Assembly (NCBI GenBank): GCA_038245295.1
Contig: JBBRSP010000022.1
Coordinates: 1 to 64,000 of the forward strand
Source of the DNA: Candidatus Binatia bacterium
Lineage (GTDB): Bacteria > Desulfobacterota > Binatia > HRBIN30
Length of the DNA stretch: 64,000 nt
Reading direction: 5' to 3'
The position numbers were made by a program, and so were the translations under genes. Below are positions 1 to 8,612 of the stretch, piece after piece. Below the pieces are notes generated by a model. That model was given only the letters and a program-made list of their open reading frames with translations, made no database searches and was not told where the DNA came from. The number at the start of each line of letters is the position of its first letter. The first letter of the stretch is position 1.

Positions 1-160
1 GATCTTTTGGAATCGTTGAGTCGAGATCGAAGCTGCGCAGCTGCAATTGACTCCGATCTGCCTCGACCACCCGCGCTCCGCTCTGCCCCATCCTCGTCAC
101 CTCCCGCCACAACCCATCGCGTCACGATGTGTATCGCATGGCTCTTGTGGAAGGAGGCGA

Positions 161-174
161 TTTTTCACAAGCTC
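161..174. mobile_element. Isolated IS/MITE terminal inverted repeat (TTTTTCACAAGCTC); the element probably extends left out of the window
   Basis: Contains the 12-nt end TTTCACAAGCTC of the 99-bp element at 29034-29132 and is immediately followed by GTAG. Confidence 0.5.
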
Positions 175-260
175 GTAGCGGCGATTCGCGCGATTCGTCT
201 GGAATCACCCGAATAACCTCTATGTCCCTTTTTGCCCGCGTATGTCCCTTTTTGCCCGTG
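175..260. repeat. Degenerate copy of the GGGAC..GTCCC hairpin element plus a 20-bp tandem duplication
   Basis: gcgattcgcgcgattcgtc..tcacccgaat..tatgtccc aligns with 940-992; tatgtccctttttgcccgYg occurs at 221-240 and 241-260. Confidence 0.6.
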
Positions 261-375
261 CGATTCTGCTGGGATCCCGGGGCCGGGGCTGGTTGTGGAG
301 GTTTGCCCGGTACCGTAGGCGGGCACAGACGGTCGGATGGTAGGGGGTCTTGGGTCGGGCGTCGCGCCGGCAATA

Positions 376-705
376 CTAGTTCTTCTGCTCGCAGTTTCCG
401 GAGACGGGCTTACCGTCGGTGCCAACCTGCACCGTCATTTGGTGGTGATGACGGCCTTTGAGATCGATCATCTGTCCATGCGCCGCGGTCGGACCGTTGG
501 TTACTTCGAGGGGTTCGTCTTCCGCCACCCTTGCCGAGTGTTTGACCGGCTGCGTCGCCGGCTGCTTGATCAGTTCGCCGGTGGCAGGGTCGAGGTTGAT
601 CTGCATGCCACTCTGCCCGGTCGTACCGACGGACTGGGCTTGGCCAACTGCCGCGAGTGCCAGGCAGGTGACGCCGATGACGACGCGAATTCTCGTTTGG
701 CGCAT
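376..705 (-). CDS. Small secreted protein, post-PEP-CTERM-1-like
   Basis: ATG at 705 with GGAGGGA RBS; signal peptide MRQTRIRVVIGVTCLALAAVGQA; motifs LDPATGEL and DGKPVSGNC. Confidence 0.65.
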   Translation of the reverse strand: MRQTRIRVVIGVTCLALAAVGQAQSVGTTGQSGMQINLDPATGELIKQPATQPVKHSARVAEDEPLEVTNGPTAAHGQMIDLKGRHHHQMTVQVGTDGKPVSGNCEQKN

Positions 706-824
706 GACGCTCCCTCCACGACGATCGGATCGATACCCAATGGTGTTTACCCGGTTTCCAAGGCCCATGCCATGTCGAATACGCCAAGCCCGTCTCGAGC
801 CGCGTGGCGCTGATACCCGAGCGC

Positions 825-879
825 GGCTTTGCACGGCAATTCGCATTGGACCACGCCGCAGGCTGAAGCCTGCGCCTAC
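825..879. mobile_element. Left half of IS903-like MITE fused at the hairpin to a GTAG-type REP
   Basis: GGCTTTGCACGGCAATTCGC is identical to 1133-1152, followed by CGCAGGCTGAAGCCTGCGCCTAC (857-879). Confidence 0.65.
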
Positions 880-927
880 CGGTTTCCAAACCGCCAGAAA
901 CGGAAAGTGGGTACGAAACCAAACGGA

Positions 928-1047
928 AATTGGGGACGTGTAGGCGATTCGGGCGATTCGTCGGAGGGTCGCCCGAATCGCCCATACGTCCCGGATTCGG
1001 CTCCGGATTCGGCTCACGTCCCGGATTCGGCTCATTTGGCCGTCCCC
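928..1047. repeat. Long hairpin element with GGGGACGT/ACGTCCC ends and tandem CCGGATTCGGCT repeats
   Basis: Arms 933-956 and 969-992 pair at 22/24 nt; ccggattcggct occurs 3 times downstream. Confidence 0.7.
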
Positions 1048-1053
1048 ACTCGC

Positions 1054-1410
1054 GGAGATCCCGGCCTTCGAGACTGTCGTAAAACCAAAGTGGAGCAACG
1101 TCATCCCGGTGAAAACCAGGATCTCCACTGCTGGCTTTGCACGGCAATTCGCCTTGGAGGACTCCGCAGGCTGAAGCCTGCGGTGAGCTGAGCGCTGGCT
1201 GCTCGTCGAATTTACGCGCAAAGCCTCCCTACTGGAAGCCTCGAACGCTGCGGAGATACCGGCTTTCGCCGGTATGACGGGAAGGTCTGCTCGGTTTCAA
1301 ATGTGGCTTCCGAGTAAATCGACACACTCTTTCACCGGTATGACGGAGGTGTTGCGCTGTTTCAACCGATGAGTCAGAGAAAATCGACAGTCTCTTTCTC
1401 CGGGATGACG
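1054..1410. mobile_element. Nested MITE/CGTC-REP complex 1
   Basis: REP arm GATCCCGGC-CTTC, left end GAGACTGTCG at 1070, internal CGTC doublet, right ends finishing at 1329 and 1394, each followed by TTTC and a REP arm ending ATGACG. Confidence 0.8.
1133..1225. mobile_element. 93-bp MITE with IS903-like (IS5 family) TIRs carrying a GTAG-REP hairpin
   Basis: TIRs GGCTTTGCACGGCAATTC / GAATTTACGCGCAAAGCC; homologous copy at 11668-11759; inserted in the spacer of a CGTC doublet. Confidence 0.75.
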
Positions 1411-1510
1411 TTGCCCTCAAATGCACCCACTACGGCGCTCGAAGCAGCGCTCGACCGCGGCGCCGAGAACGGATAGCTTGGGTCGTCCGCTCCAGGAGGA
1501 TTGCTTTCCG

Positions 1511-2722
1511 ATGAGTCAATCAACCGACGCTCTCAAACAACGTGCCTGCGCCCGCATCGATGACGATGAAGCGGCGTTGGTCGACATCAGTAAGAAGATC
1601 CACGACAACCCCGAGCTCAACTTCCAGGAATACAAGGCGGCCGGCTGGCTAGCTGACTATCTGGAGCAACGCGGCTTTGCCGTGGAACGTGGTGCCTATG
1701 GAATGGAAACCGCCTTTCGCGCCGTCCGCGGATCGGGCGAGCCGCGCGTTGCCATCCTGTGTGAATACGATGCTCTCCCGGGTGTCGGGCATGCTTGCGG
1801 CCACAACGTCATCGCCACGGCAGGGGCGGGTGCCGGCGTCGGCGCCGCCGAGGTGCTCGACAAGATCGGTGGCACGGTGATCGTTCTCGGCACGCCGGCC
1901 GAAGAAGGTGGCGGCGGCAAGATCATCATGGGCGAACGTGGTGCCTTCGACGGCATCGACGCGGCGATGATGGTTCACCCGGCCGGTGTCGATCTGCCTG
2001 CCATGCACGTATTGGCTGTCTCCCAAGTGGCGGTCGAATATCGCGGCCGCGCGGCGCACGCCTCGGCGTCGCCGCACCGCGGCATCAACGCGCTCGATGC
2101 GATGGTGACCGCCTATCAGTCGATCGCCCAACTGCGGCAACACATCCGCTCCACCGAGCGCATCCATGGCATCATCACCGACGGTGGCCAGGTGGCGAAC
2201 ATCGTCCCCGAGCGCGCCGCCGGCATGTTCATGGTGCGCGCCGCTACCAGCCCGCGTCTGGAGCAGTTGAAGAAACGCGTCAACGCTTGCCTGCGCGGCG
2301 CCGCGGAAGCTTCGGGCGCCGAAGTCTCCATCCAGGAGCTCGGCGTGACGTACTCCGACATGTGGACCAACACCGCCCTGGTGGATTGCTACGCCGACAA
2401 CGCCAAACGCGTCGGCCGCAATCTGTTGCCGATGAGCTCGGTGCCGGGAGCCGTCGCGGGCAGTACCGACATGGGTAACGTCAGCAAATGGCTGCCGTCG
2501 ATTCATCCGATGATCGCCGTTGCGCCGGCGCATGTGCCGCTGCATTCCGCCGAGTTCGCGCGCTGGACCGACTCGCCGCAGGCGGCACGGGCCGTGGTCG
2601 ATGGAGCGAAAATCATGGCGATGACGGCGATCGAAGTATTGGCGGACCCAACGCTGCGCCAAGCGATGCGCGCCGAGTTCGAACGCGAGCGTTCCGGTGC
2701 CGATGCACCCGACGCGGGATGA
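1511..2722 (+). CDS. M20 family amidohydrolase (M20D/PM20D2-like)
   Basis: Motifs EYDALP, GHACGHN, GTPAEEGGGGK, HP, GSTDMGNVS; AGGAGGA RBS before ATG 1511. Confidence 0.92.
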   Translation: MSQSTDALKQRACARIDDDEAALVDISKKIHDNPELNFQEYKAAGWLADYLEQRGFAVERGAYGMETAFRAVRGSGEPRVAILCEYDALPGVGHACGHNVIATAGAGAGVGAAEVLDKIGGTVIVLGTPAEEGGGGKIIMGERGAFDGIDAAMMVHPAGVDLPAMHVLAVSQVAVEYRGRAAHASASPHRGINALDAMVTAYQSIAQLRQHIRSTERIHGIITDGGQVANIVPERAAGMFMVRAATSPRLEQLKKRVNACLRGAAEASGAEVSIQELGVTYSDMWTNTALVDCYADNAKRVGRNLLPMSSVPGAVAGSTDMGNVSKWLPSIHPMIAVAPAHVPLHSAEFARWTDSPQAARAVVDGAKIMAMTAIEVLADPTLRQAMRAEFERERSGADAPDAG

Positions 2723-4185
2723 GTCGTAGTCTCGCCCGCCTCGTCCTTTGCCTGCTGCTGGCGCCCATCGTCGCGACGCCGACGATGGCGTTGGACAATA
2801 GCCTGACGCGCGTCCGTCAGGCCGGCGTGCTGCGCTGGGGTGGCGACCTGCAGGGCGGCGAACCGTACGCGTTCGAGGACCCGAACCAAGGTGGTCGCCT
2901 GGTCGGTTTCGAAGTTGAGATCGCCGACGCCTTGGCGCGCCAACTCGGTGTGCGGGCTGAGTTCGTTCAGAATGATTGGAGCACGCTGATCCCGTCGCTC
3001 GAGCGTGGCAACTTCGACATCGCCATGAACGGCATCGAGGTCACACCGGCACGCCAGGAGCGCCTGACGTTCTCCAAACCGTACTTTCGATTTCGCGAAG
3101 TTCTGGTCGTGCGGCGCGACCAGGGAGCGGTCCATGGTCTGGCCGACCTCGCCGGACGTCCGGTTGGTACCTTGGCGAGCTCGCAGGCGTTCGATCTGTT
3201 GCGCGGCGCCGCCGTCGACGTGCGCGTCTACGAGGGTACCGAGGAACCATACCTGGACCTCGAACAGGGACGGCTCGATGGCGTGTTGCTCGATAATGTC
3301 ATCGCCGAACGGTACGGGCTGCGGCACGCCGACTTGCAGGCGGCCGCCGAGATCGCCGACGGTGTTTACGCGATCGGGCTGCGGCGCGACGATATCGAGC
3401 TGCGCCGCGCTATCGATACGGGGCTCGACAAGCTCCGACAGAGTGGCGAGCTGCGTCGTATCCTCGAGACGTGGAAACTCTGGGACGCGCGCCAGGAGCA
3501 GGCGGCAGAGTTGCCGACCGCTGCGGCGATCCCGGTGCCGGCGTCGATAAATGGGGCGCATGTTCTGCTCTTCCTGCGTGGCGCGCTGGTGACCATGGCG
3601 ATCTCGCTGCTGGCGATGCTGGTGGCGGTTGGCGGTGGCCTCGGCCTCAGTCTGGCGCGGCGTTACGGCGGCCGGGTCTCGGCGCTGATGGCGCAAGTTT
3701 ACATCGAGCTGTTCCGCGGCACTCCGGTCCTGCTGCAACTCTACGTTCTCTACTACGGGCTGGCGCCGTGGCTGACGCTCAGCGCGTTTACCGCCGCAGT
3801 GATCGGCCTCGGGATGAACTACGCCGCCTACGAGGCCGAGCTGTATCGCGCCGGCCTCGAAGCAATTCCGATCGGCCAGACCGAAGCCGCATTGGCGCTT
3901 GGCATGTCGCGGCCGCAAGCCCTGCGGCGAATCGTCTTGCCCCAGGCGTTACGCGTCGCGTTGCCGGGAATCGCCAACGACTTCATCGCCCTGCTCAAAG
4001 ATTCCTCGCTGGTGTCGGTGATTTCGGTGGTCGAGCTCACCAAACAGATGACTATCACGTCCGTCGACGTCCGCAGTTGGGCGCTCCCTGGACTGCTGTG
4101 TGCGATGTTCTACCTGGCGATGAGTTATCCGCTGTCGCGTCTGGCACAGCGACTCGAGACACGATTACACGGCGGTGCGGCGTGA
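2719..4185 (+). CDS. Polar amino-acid ABC transporter, fused substrate-binding protein and permease
   Basis: SBP_bac_3-like N-half (GFEVEIA, NDWSTLIPSL); HisM-type permease (FRGTPVLLQL, GQTEAALALGM, LLKDSSL); ATGA overlap with upstream gene. Confidence 0.92.
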   Translation: MSRSLARLVLCLLLAPIVATPTMALDNSLTRVRQAGVLRWGGDLQGGEPYAFEDPNQGGRLVGFEVEIADALARQLGVRAEFVQNDWSTLIPSLERGNFDIAMNGIEVTPARQERLTFSKPYFRFREVLVVRRDQGAVHGLADLAGRPVGTLASSQAFDLLRGAAVDVRVYEGTEEPYLDLEQGRLDGVLLDNVIAERYGLRHADLQAAAEIADGVYAIGLRRDDIELRRAIDTGLDKLRQSGELRRILETWKLWDARQEQAAELPTAAAIPVPASINGAHVLLFLRGALVTMAISLLAMLVAVGGGLGLSLARRYGGRVSALMAQVYIELFRGTPVLLQLYVLYYGLAPWLTLSAFTAAVIGLGMNYAAYEAELYRAGLEAIPIGQTEAALALGMSRPQALRRIVLPQALRVALPGIANDFIALLKDSSLVSVISVVELTKQMTITSVDVRSWALPGLLCAMFYLAMSYPLSRLAQRLETRLHGGAA

Positions 4186-4934
4186 GCGGGGCCGTCGTCA
4201 CGGCGCGTGGCTTGCGAACCGAGATCGGCGGCACGGCGATTCTACGCGGCGTTGATCTGGACGTCGCGCCGGGTGAGGTTGTCGGCATCATCGGTCCATC
4301 CGGCGGCGGCAAGACGACGCTGCTGCGGGCTCTGAACTACCTGACGCCGTTTACGGACGGTGTCGTCGATGTGGCCGGCCATAGGCTGACGCCGGGCATG
4401 TCGGAGCGCGGCGATGCCGCGGCGTTGCGCCAGGTGCGAATGAAAGTCGGGATGATCTTTCAACAGTTCAACCTCTTCCCGCATCTGACAGCTCTGCAAA
4501 ACATTACCGAGGCGCCGCGGCGGGTTCTCAAACTCGATACCGCGGTTGCCGCACAGCGGGCGCAGGTCCTGTTGGCGCGTGTCGGCCTAAGCGGCTTCGC
4601 CGACGCCATGCCGCGAACCCTGTCGGGCGGGCAACAACAACGGGTGGCGATTGCTCGCGCCCTGGCGATGGAGCCGCTTGCACTACTCCTCGATGAGCCG
4701 ACCTCGGCACTCGACCCGCAACTAGCCGGCGAAGTGGTCGGCGTCGTCAAGGACCTCGCGGCAAGCGGGCAGACGATGATCATTGTCAGTCACGATTTGC
4801 AGGTGATTCGCCGAGTCGCCCAGCGGGTCATCGTCGTCGCCGCGGGGCTCGTCGTCGAGCACGGCGCGGCGGCGGAAGTATTGGCATCGCCGGAGCATAC
4901 CATGACGCAGCAGCTGCTCTGCGGCGTTTCGTAA
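4182..4934 (+). CDS. Amino-acid ABC transporter ATP-binding protein (GlnQ-like)
   Basis: Walker A GPSGGGKT, LSGGQQQR, LLDEPTSALD; GTGA overlap. Confidence 0.93.
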   Translation: MSGAVVTARGLRTEIGGTAILRGVDLDVAPGEVVGIIGPSGGGKTTLLRALNYLTPFTDGVVDVAGHRLTPGMSERGDAAALRQVRMKVGMIFQQFNLFPHLTALQNITEAPRRVLKLDTAVAAQRAQVLLARVGLSGFADAMPRTLSGGQQQRVAIARALAMEPLALLLDEPTSALDPQLAGEVVGVVKDLAASGQTMIIVSHDLQVIRRVAQRVIVVAAGLVVEHGAAAEVLASPEHTMTQQLLCGVS

Positions 4935-5121
4935 TGTGACGTCGTGGTATGTGATGCGAGTCGGGGTCCCATCGGCGTACCTCGTACATCTGCTGATGTA
5001 CCCTCGGGCGATAGAGAGCTTCAGGGCCGCTGGCCCCCGACGGACGTGAGCCGCAGATGAGCGCGGATGGACGCGGCCCGGCTTCCAGCCGGAACCAACT
5101 CAGGCCAACCAGCACTACCTC

Positions 5122-5374
5122 CGTCATTCCGGCGCAAGCCGGAATCTCGCAAGCAGCTCTCGTCATTCCGGCGCAAGCCGGAATCTCGCAAGCAGCTCTC
5201 GTCATTCCGGCGCAAGCCGGAATCTCGCAAGCATTTCTGCGATTCCGGCTGAGGAGATCCCGGCTTTCGCCGGGATGACGAGGGGCATCCGATTCCGGCT
5301 GAGGAGATCCCTGCTTTCGCCGGGATGACGGGTGGCACCCGAGGTTATCGACAGTCTCCTTCGCCGGGATGGCG
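5122..5374. repeat. CGTC-type REP array upstream of the GIY-YIG gene
   Basis: Three 39-bp tandem units CGTCATTCCGGCGCAAGCCGGAATCTCGCAAGCA at 5122/5161/5200; two 50-bp-period opposite-orientation units at 5241/5291; then MITE end CGACAGTCTC and a half REP. Confidence 0.9.
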
Positions 5375-5434
5375 CTCGCGCATACAGGCGACGCAGTCAT
5401 TGCCGATGCGTGCGCGAACCGGAACCATCGCGGC

Positions 5435-5722
5435 ATGCGTGCTCCGTGCGTGTATTTACTTGCCAGTCGACCGAATGGCGCGCTCTACGTTGGCGTGACT
5501 TCGAACCTCGTGAAGCGCGTAGGGGAGCACAAGGAGAATGTGGGCGGTGGCTTCACCGCACGGTACGGTATCCACACCCTGGTTTGGTTCGAGCTTCACG
5601 ACACGATGTTGAATGCGATCGCGCGTGAAAAGGCGATCAAGGAGTGGAAACGGGCGTGGAAGCTTGAGCTCATCGAGCAACAGAACCCAACCTGGCGTGA
5701 TCTCGATGATGAGATCGTCTGA
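5435..5722 (+). CDS. Stand-alone GIY-YIG nuclease family protein (95 aa)
   Basis: CVYLLAS..GALYVGVTSNLVKRVGEH..GFTARY..AIAREKAIKEWKRAWKLELIE..NPTWRDL; catalytic Tyr/Arg/Glu retained. Confidence 0.93.
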   Translation: MRAPCVYLLASRPNGALYVGVTSNLVKRVGEHKENVGGGFTARYGIHTLVWFELHDTMLNAIAREKAIKEWKRAWKLELIEQQNPTWRDLDDEIV

Positions 5723-5741
5723 CGCGTGGCCTTCCACTTGA

Positions 5742-6140
5742 GGAGATCCCGGCTTTCGAGACTGTCGTAAAACGAAAGTGGAGCAACGTCATCCCGGCGA
5801 AAGAGTCTGTCGTAAAACCAAAGTGGAGCAGCGTCATCCCGGTGAAAACCGGGATCTCCTCGAGTGGAAGGCCACAAATGCTGGGGAGATTCCGGCTTTC
5901 GCCGGAATGACGGAGATGTCTGTGTGCTTCCAAACCTGCGATCAGAGAAACATCGCCGGGCTCTTTCGCCGGGGATGACGGGGGTGTTTGCGCTATTTTA
6001 AACGATGGATCAGAGAAAATCGAAAAGTCTCTTTCGCCGGTATGACGGAAAGGTCTGCTCGGTTCCAAATTTGGTTTCCGAGTTAATCGACACACTCTTT
6101 CGCCGCGATGACGTTGCCTACCGTTGGGAATCAAGTGGAC
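5742..6140. mobile_element. Nested MITE/CGTC-REP complex 2
   Basis: Left ends at 5758 (after TTTC) and 5803 (after GAAA); intact doublet 5832-5912; right ends finishing at 5963, 6031 and 6097, each followed by TTTCGCCG..ATGACG (66-68 bp period). Confidence 0.85.
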
Positions 6141-6255
6141 CCACTGCCAGCGTGCCTGTCGGGCTCGCATCGAACGGACTCGCATGGTAGCGCCATCGTT
6201 CGGTACCGGCGTGCTTCGGCAGGGAACCAAAATGGCGCCGGAGCGGGAGTTACCA

Positions 6256-6867
6256 ATGCTGCGCTTGATCGCCTATTCAGACTACCTCTGCCCGTGGTGT
6301 TACAACGCCTCGGTACGGCTACATCGCATCGAGGCGGAGTTTGCCGGTCAGGTGGAGATCGAGTGGCGGACCTTTTTGCTGCGCCCGCAACCGGATCCCG
6401 GCCGGACCCTCGAGAAGTTCCGCCGCTACACCGAGAGTTGGCGCCGCCCCGCCGAGGAGGCAGACGCGGGAACCTTCCAAGTTTGGCAGGGTGACGCGGG
6501 GCCACCATCGCATAGTGTGCCGCCGCATCTGGTCGCCAAGGCCGCGGCGCGTGTCAGTCGCGACGCGTTCCGATCGATCCACGATCGACTGCTGCATGCG
6601 TACTTCGCCGAGAACCGCGACATCACCGATGCGGCGACACTGGAAGCGATCTGGCTGGAGGCAGGACTCGCGCCGGAGGATCTGGCCCGTGCCGGCGACG
6701 CGGACGTGCTGCGGCAGGTGATCGACGAGCACAACGACGCTTTGGCGGTGGATATCAACGGCGTGCCGTCGGTGCGTATGGACGGACGTGATGGCTTCGT
6801 AATTGGCGCCCAGCCGATCGCGGTGTACCGCCGCTGGGTGCAGCGGGCCCTCGACGGCAAGATCTAA
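6256..6867 (+). CDS. DsbA/FrnE-family thiol oxidoreductase
   Basis: YSDYLCPWCY CxxC motif, GVP and GAQP motifs; alternative start 6232. Confidence 0.9.
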   Translation: MLRLIAYSDYLCPWCYNASVRLHRIEAEFAGQVEIEWRTFLLRPQPDPGRTLEKFRRYTESWRRPAEEADAGTFQVWQGDAGPPSHSVPPHLVAKAAARVSRDAFRSIHDRLLHAYFAENRDITDAATLEAIWLEAGLAPEDLARAGDADVLRQVIDEHNDALAVDINGVPSVRMDGRDGFVIGAQPIAVYRRWVQRALDGKI

Positions 6868-6872
6868 AGGGC

Positions 6873-7784
6873 CTAGCTGCGTATCTCGTTGGCGCCGACT
6901 CTGACACTGTCGAGAGCGCGTGCAAAGCCGGCCGCGTCGCCGCGAAACTGGGCGTTCAGAAAGCCGATGACGACGCGTTCAAGCGCGGCGCGTTCGGCGA
7001 TGGGTGGTTCGACCTGGCTCTCCAACCACGGACTGTGCGCGACACCCTCGAGTCCGACGAACCAGCGCGGCGGATCAATGGCGTCGTAAAATTCCTGGCC
7101 GGCGAGGTAGGGGACGGTTGGGTCGGCCTGGCCGTGCATGACCAGCGTCGGCGGACCGGCGGCGATCGAGTCGCCGCCGAACACGGTGATCAAGGCGCCG
7201 ACGGCCGATACCGAGACGACAGTGCGAAAGCGTTCGTCACGGCAGCAGTCCTTGCGAGTCAAACCGATGACCGTCGCTCCGCCGAGGGAATGGCCGAGCA
7301 CCGCCACCTGATCAACGACGAGCTTTCCTGCCAGGGCGTCTCCGGTCGTGGCGTTTGCTTCGAGGAGACGATCCAGAACGAAACTCAGATCGCCCGGCTG
7401 ATTGACGAGATCGCGCAGGTTGGAGTCGTGTCCGCCCGGCGTGAGCTCATTGGTCAGTGGAAACGCCGGCGCCGCGACGACATAACCGGCAGCGGCGAGA
7501 TCCTCGGCGAGCGCCTCGAACTTCTCCGGTAGGCCTCCGAAGCCGTGCGCCAGGATCAACAAGGGCAGGGGTGTCGCTGTCCCCGGCTGCCAGATCAGGG
7601 TGCGCAAGGTGCGAGTCTGCGCTCCCGGAAACGTCGCCGTGTGGGGCGTGCGGCGCGAGGCGTCGGCCCATGTGCGTTCGCTGCGGGTGACCATGAGAGG
7701 CAGTGTTGTATCCTCCGTGTCGTTGCTCTCGCCGCAACCGGCGAGCATCAGGGCGACAAACACGAGAGCGGCATAACGAGTCAT
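6873..7784 (-). CDS. Alpha/beta hydrolase lipoprotein (PAF-AH/dienelactone hydrolase-like)
   Basis: Lipobox LAGC, HGFGG, GHSLGG nucleophile, HGQADPTVP. Confidence 0.85.
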   Translation of the reverse strand: MTRYAALVFVALMLAGCGESNDTEDTTLPLMVTRSERTWADASRRTPHTATFPGAQTRTLRTLIWQPGTATPLPLLILAHGFGGLPEKFEALAEDLAAAGYVVAAPAFPLTNELTPGGHDSNLRDLVNQPGDLSFVLDRLLEANATTGDALAGKLVVDQVAVLGHSLGGATVIGLTRKDCCRDERFRTVVSVSAVGALITVFGGDSIAAGPPTLVMHGQADPTVPYLAGQEFYDAIDPPRWFVGLEGVAHSPWLESQVEPPIAERAALERVVIGFLNAQFRGDAAGFARALDSVRVGANEIRS

Positions 7785-7842
7785 TGGCTGCCTCAATACG
7801 TCACCCCGTCGGCAGAGGAAAGCGCCCAACCGCGAAGTAGCG

Positions 7843-7865
7843 GTAGGCGCAAGCTTCAGCTTGCG
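7843..7865 (+). repeat. GTAG-type REP, AAGC/GCTT stem variant
   Basis: GTAGGCGCAAGCTTCAGCTTGCG. Confidence 0.85.
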
Positions 7866-7901
7866 CTGTCGAGTCGCGATGCGGAACGCGCCGCTCCGCG
7901 A

Positions 7902-8501
7902 TCACGCCTTGTCGATCGGTATGTGCCCCGGCTGCTGCCGCACACGCGCGAACCAGGCGTTGATGGCGCGGTAGGGTGACAAATCGAAGCCACCCTCGTC
8001 GCCGACGTGTGTGTAGGCGTACAGGGCAATGTCGGCGATCGAGTACTCGCCGCCGACGAAGAAGGGTTGGCCGACGAGATGCTGCTCCATCACCTCGAGG
8101 GCGGCGATGCCGTTGCGGCGCTTCATCGGCAACAGCATCTCACGCTCCGGATTCATGCCAGTGTGTATCCAGAAACGCACCGTCGCGATGTTGGGCTCGT
8201 GATTGTACTGCTCGAAGAACATCCACTGCAGAACGCGCGCGCGCTCCAAGCGAGTGCTGGGTAGGAAGTGAGTGCCTTCCGCGAGATAGAACAAGATGGC
8301 ATCGGACTCGGATAGGCAGTTGCCATCGTCGAGCTCGAGCATGGGGATACGACCGTTGGGATTCTTGGCGAGATACTCTGGCGTGTGCGTGGCGCCGGCG
8401 AGGATGTCGAGATCGATCCTCTCGTACTTCAGACCCAGCTGATTCAGGAGCAGCCGACATTTGTAGCCATTCCCTGACATCAAATAGTCGTATAGTCGCA
8501 A
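7902..8501 (-). CDS. Glutathione S-transferase family protein
   Basis: SGNGYK, KNPNGRIP, LSESDAIL, YSIADIALYAY; GGAGG RBS with TTG start. Confidence 0.93.
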   Translation of the reverse strand: MRLYDYLMSGNGYKCRLLLNQLGLKYERIDLDILAGATHTPEYLAKNPNGRIPMLELDDGNCLSESDAILFYLAEGTHFLPSTRLERARVLQWMFFEQYNHEPNIATVRFWIHTGMNPEREMLLPMKRRNGIAALEVMEQHLVGQPFFVGGEYSIADIALYAYTHVGDEGGFDLSPYRAINAWFARVRQQPGHIPIDKA

Positions 8502-8612
8502 CGGTGTGTCCTCCGGCCGGCCGGTTTATCACATGCGCCATTCAGGTCAGCCGCGTCTTTTCCACCATCGTCCTCGGCCTCAGGCCGTGCTAGCCAACCG
8601 AGAGTCGAGGAG

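Noticed and set aside
5122..5238. 39-bp tandem palindromic units resembling a CRISPR array
   Set aside because: Units are identical with no unique spacers, the repeat is the dispersed CGTC hairpin, and no cas genes are present.
4828..5436. ORFs with repeated EIPACAGMT peptides (also near 5596-6230 and 20460-20825)
   Set aside because: Translations of CGTC repeats, with no independent coding evidence.
5897..6113. 66-68-bp periodic repeat-spacer pattern resembling CRISPR
   Set aside because: The 'spacers' are homologous to each other and to 1280-1394 and 20583-20632 and end in TIR sequences, so they are MITE ends.
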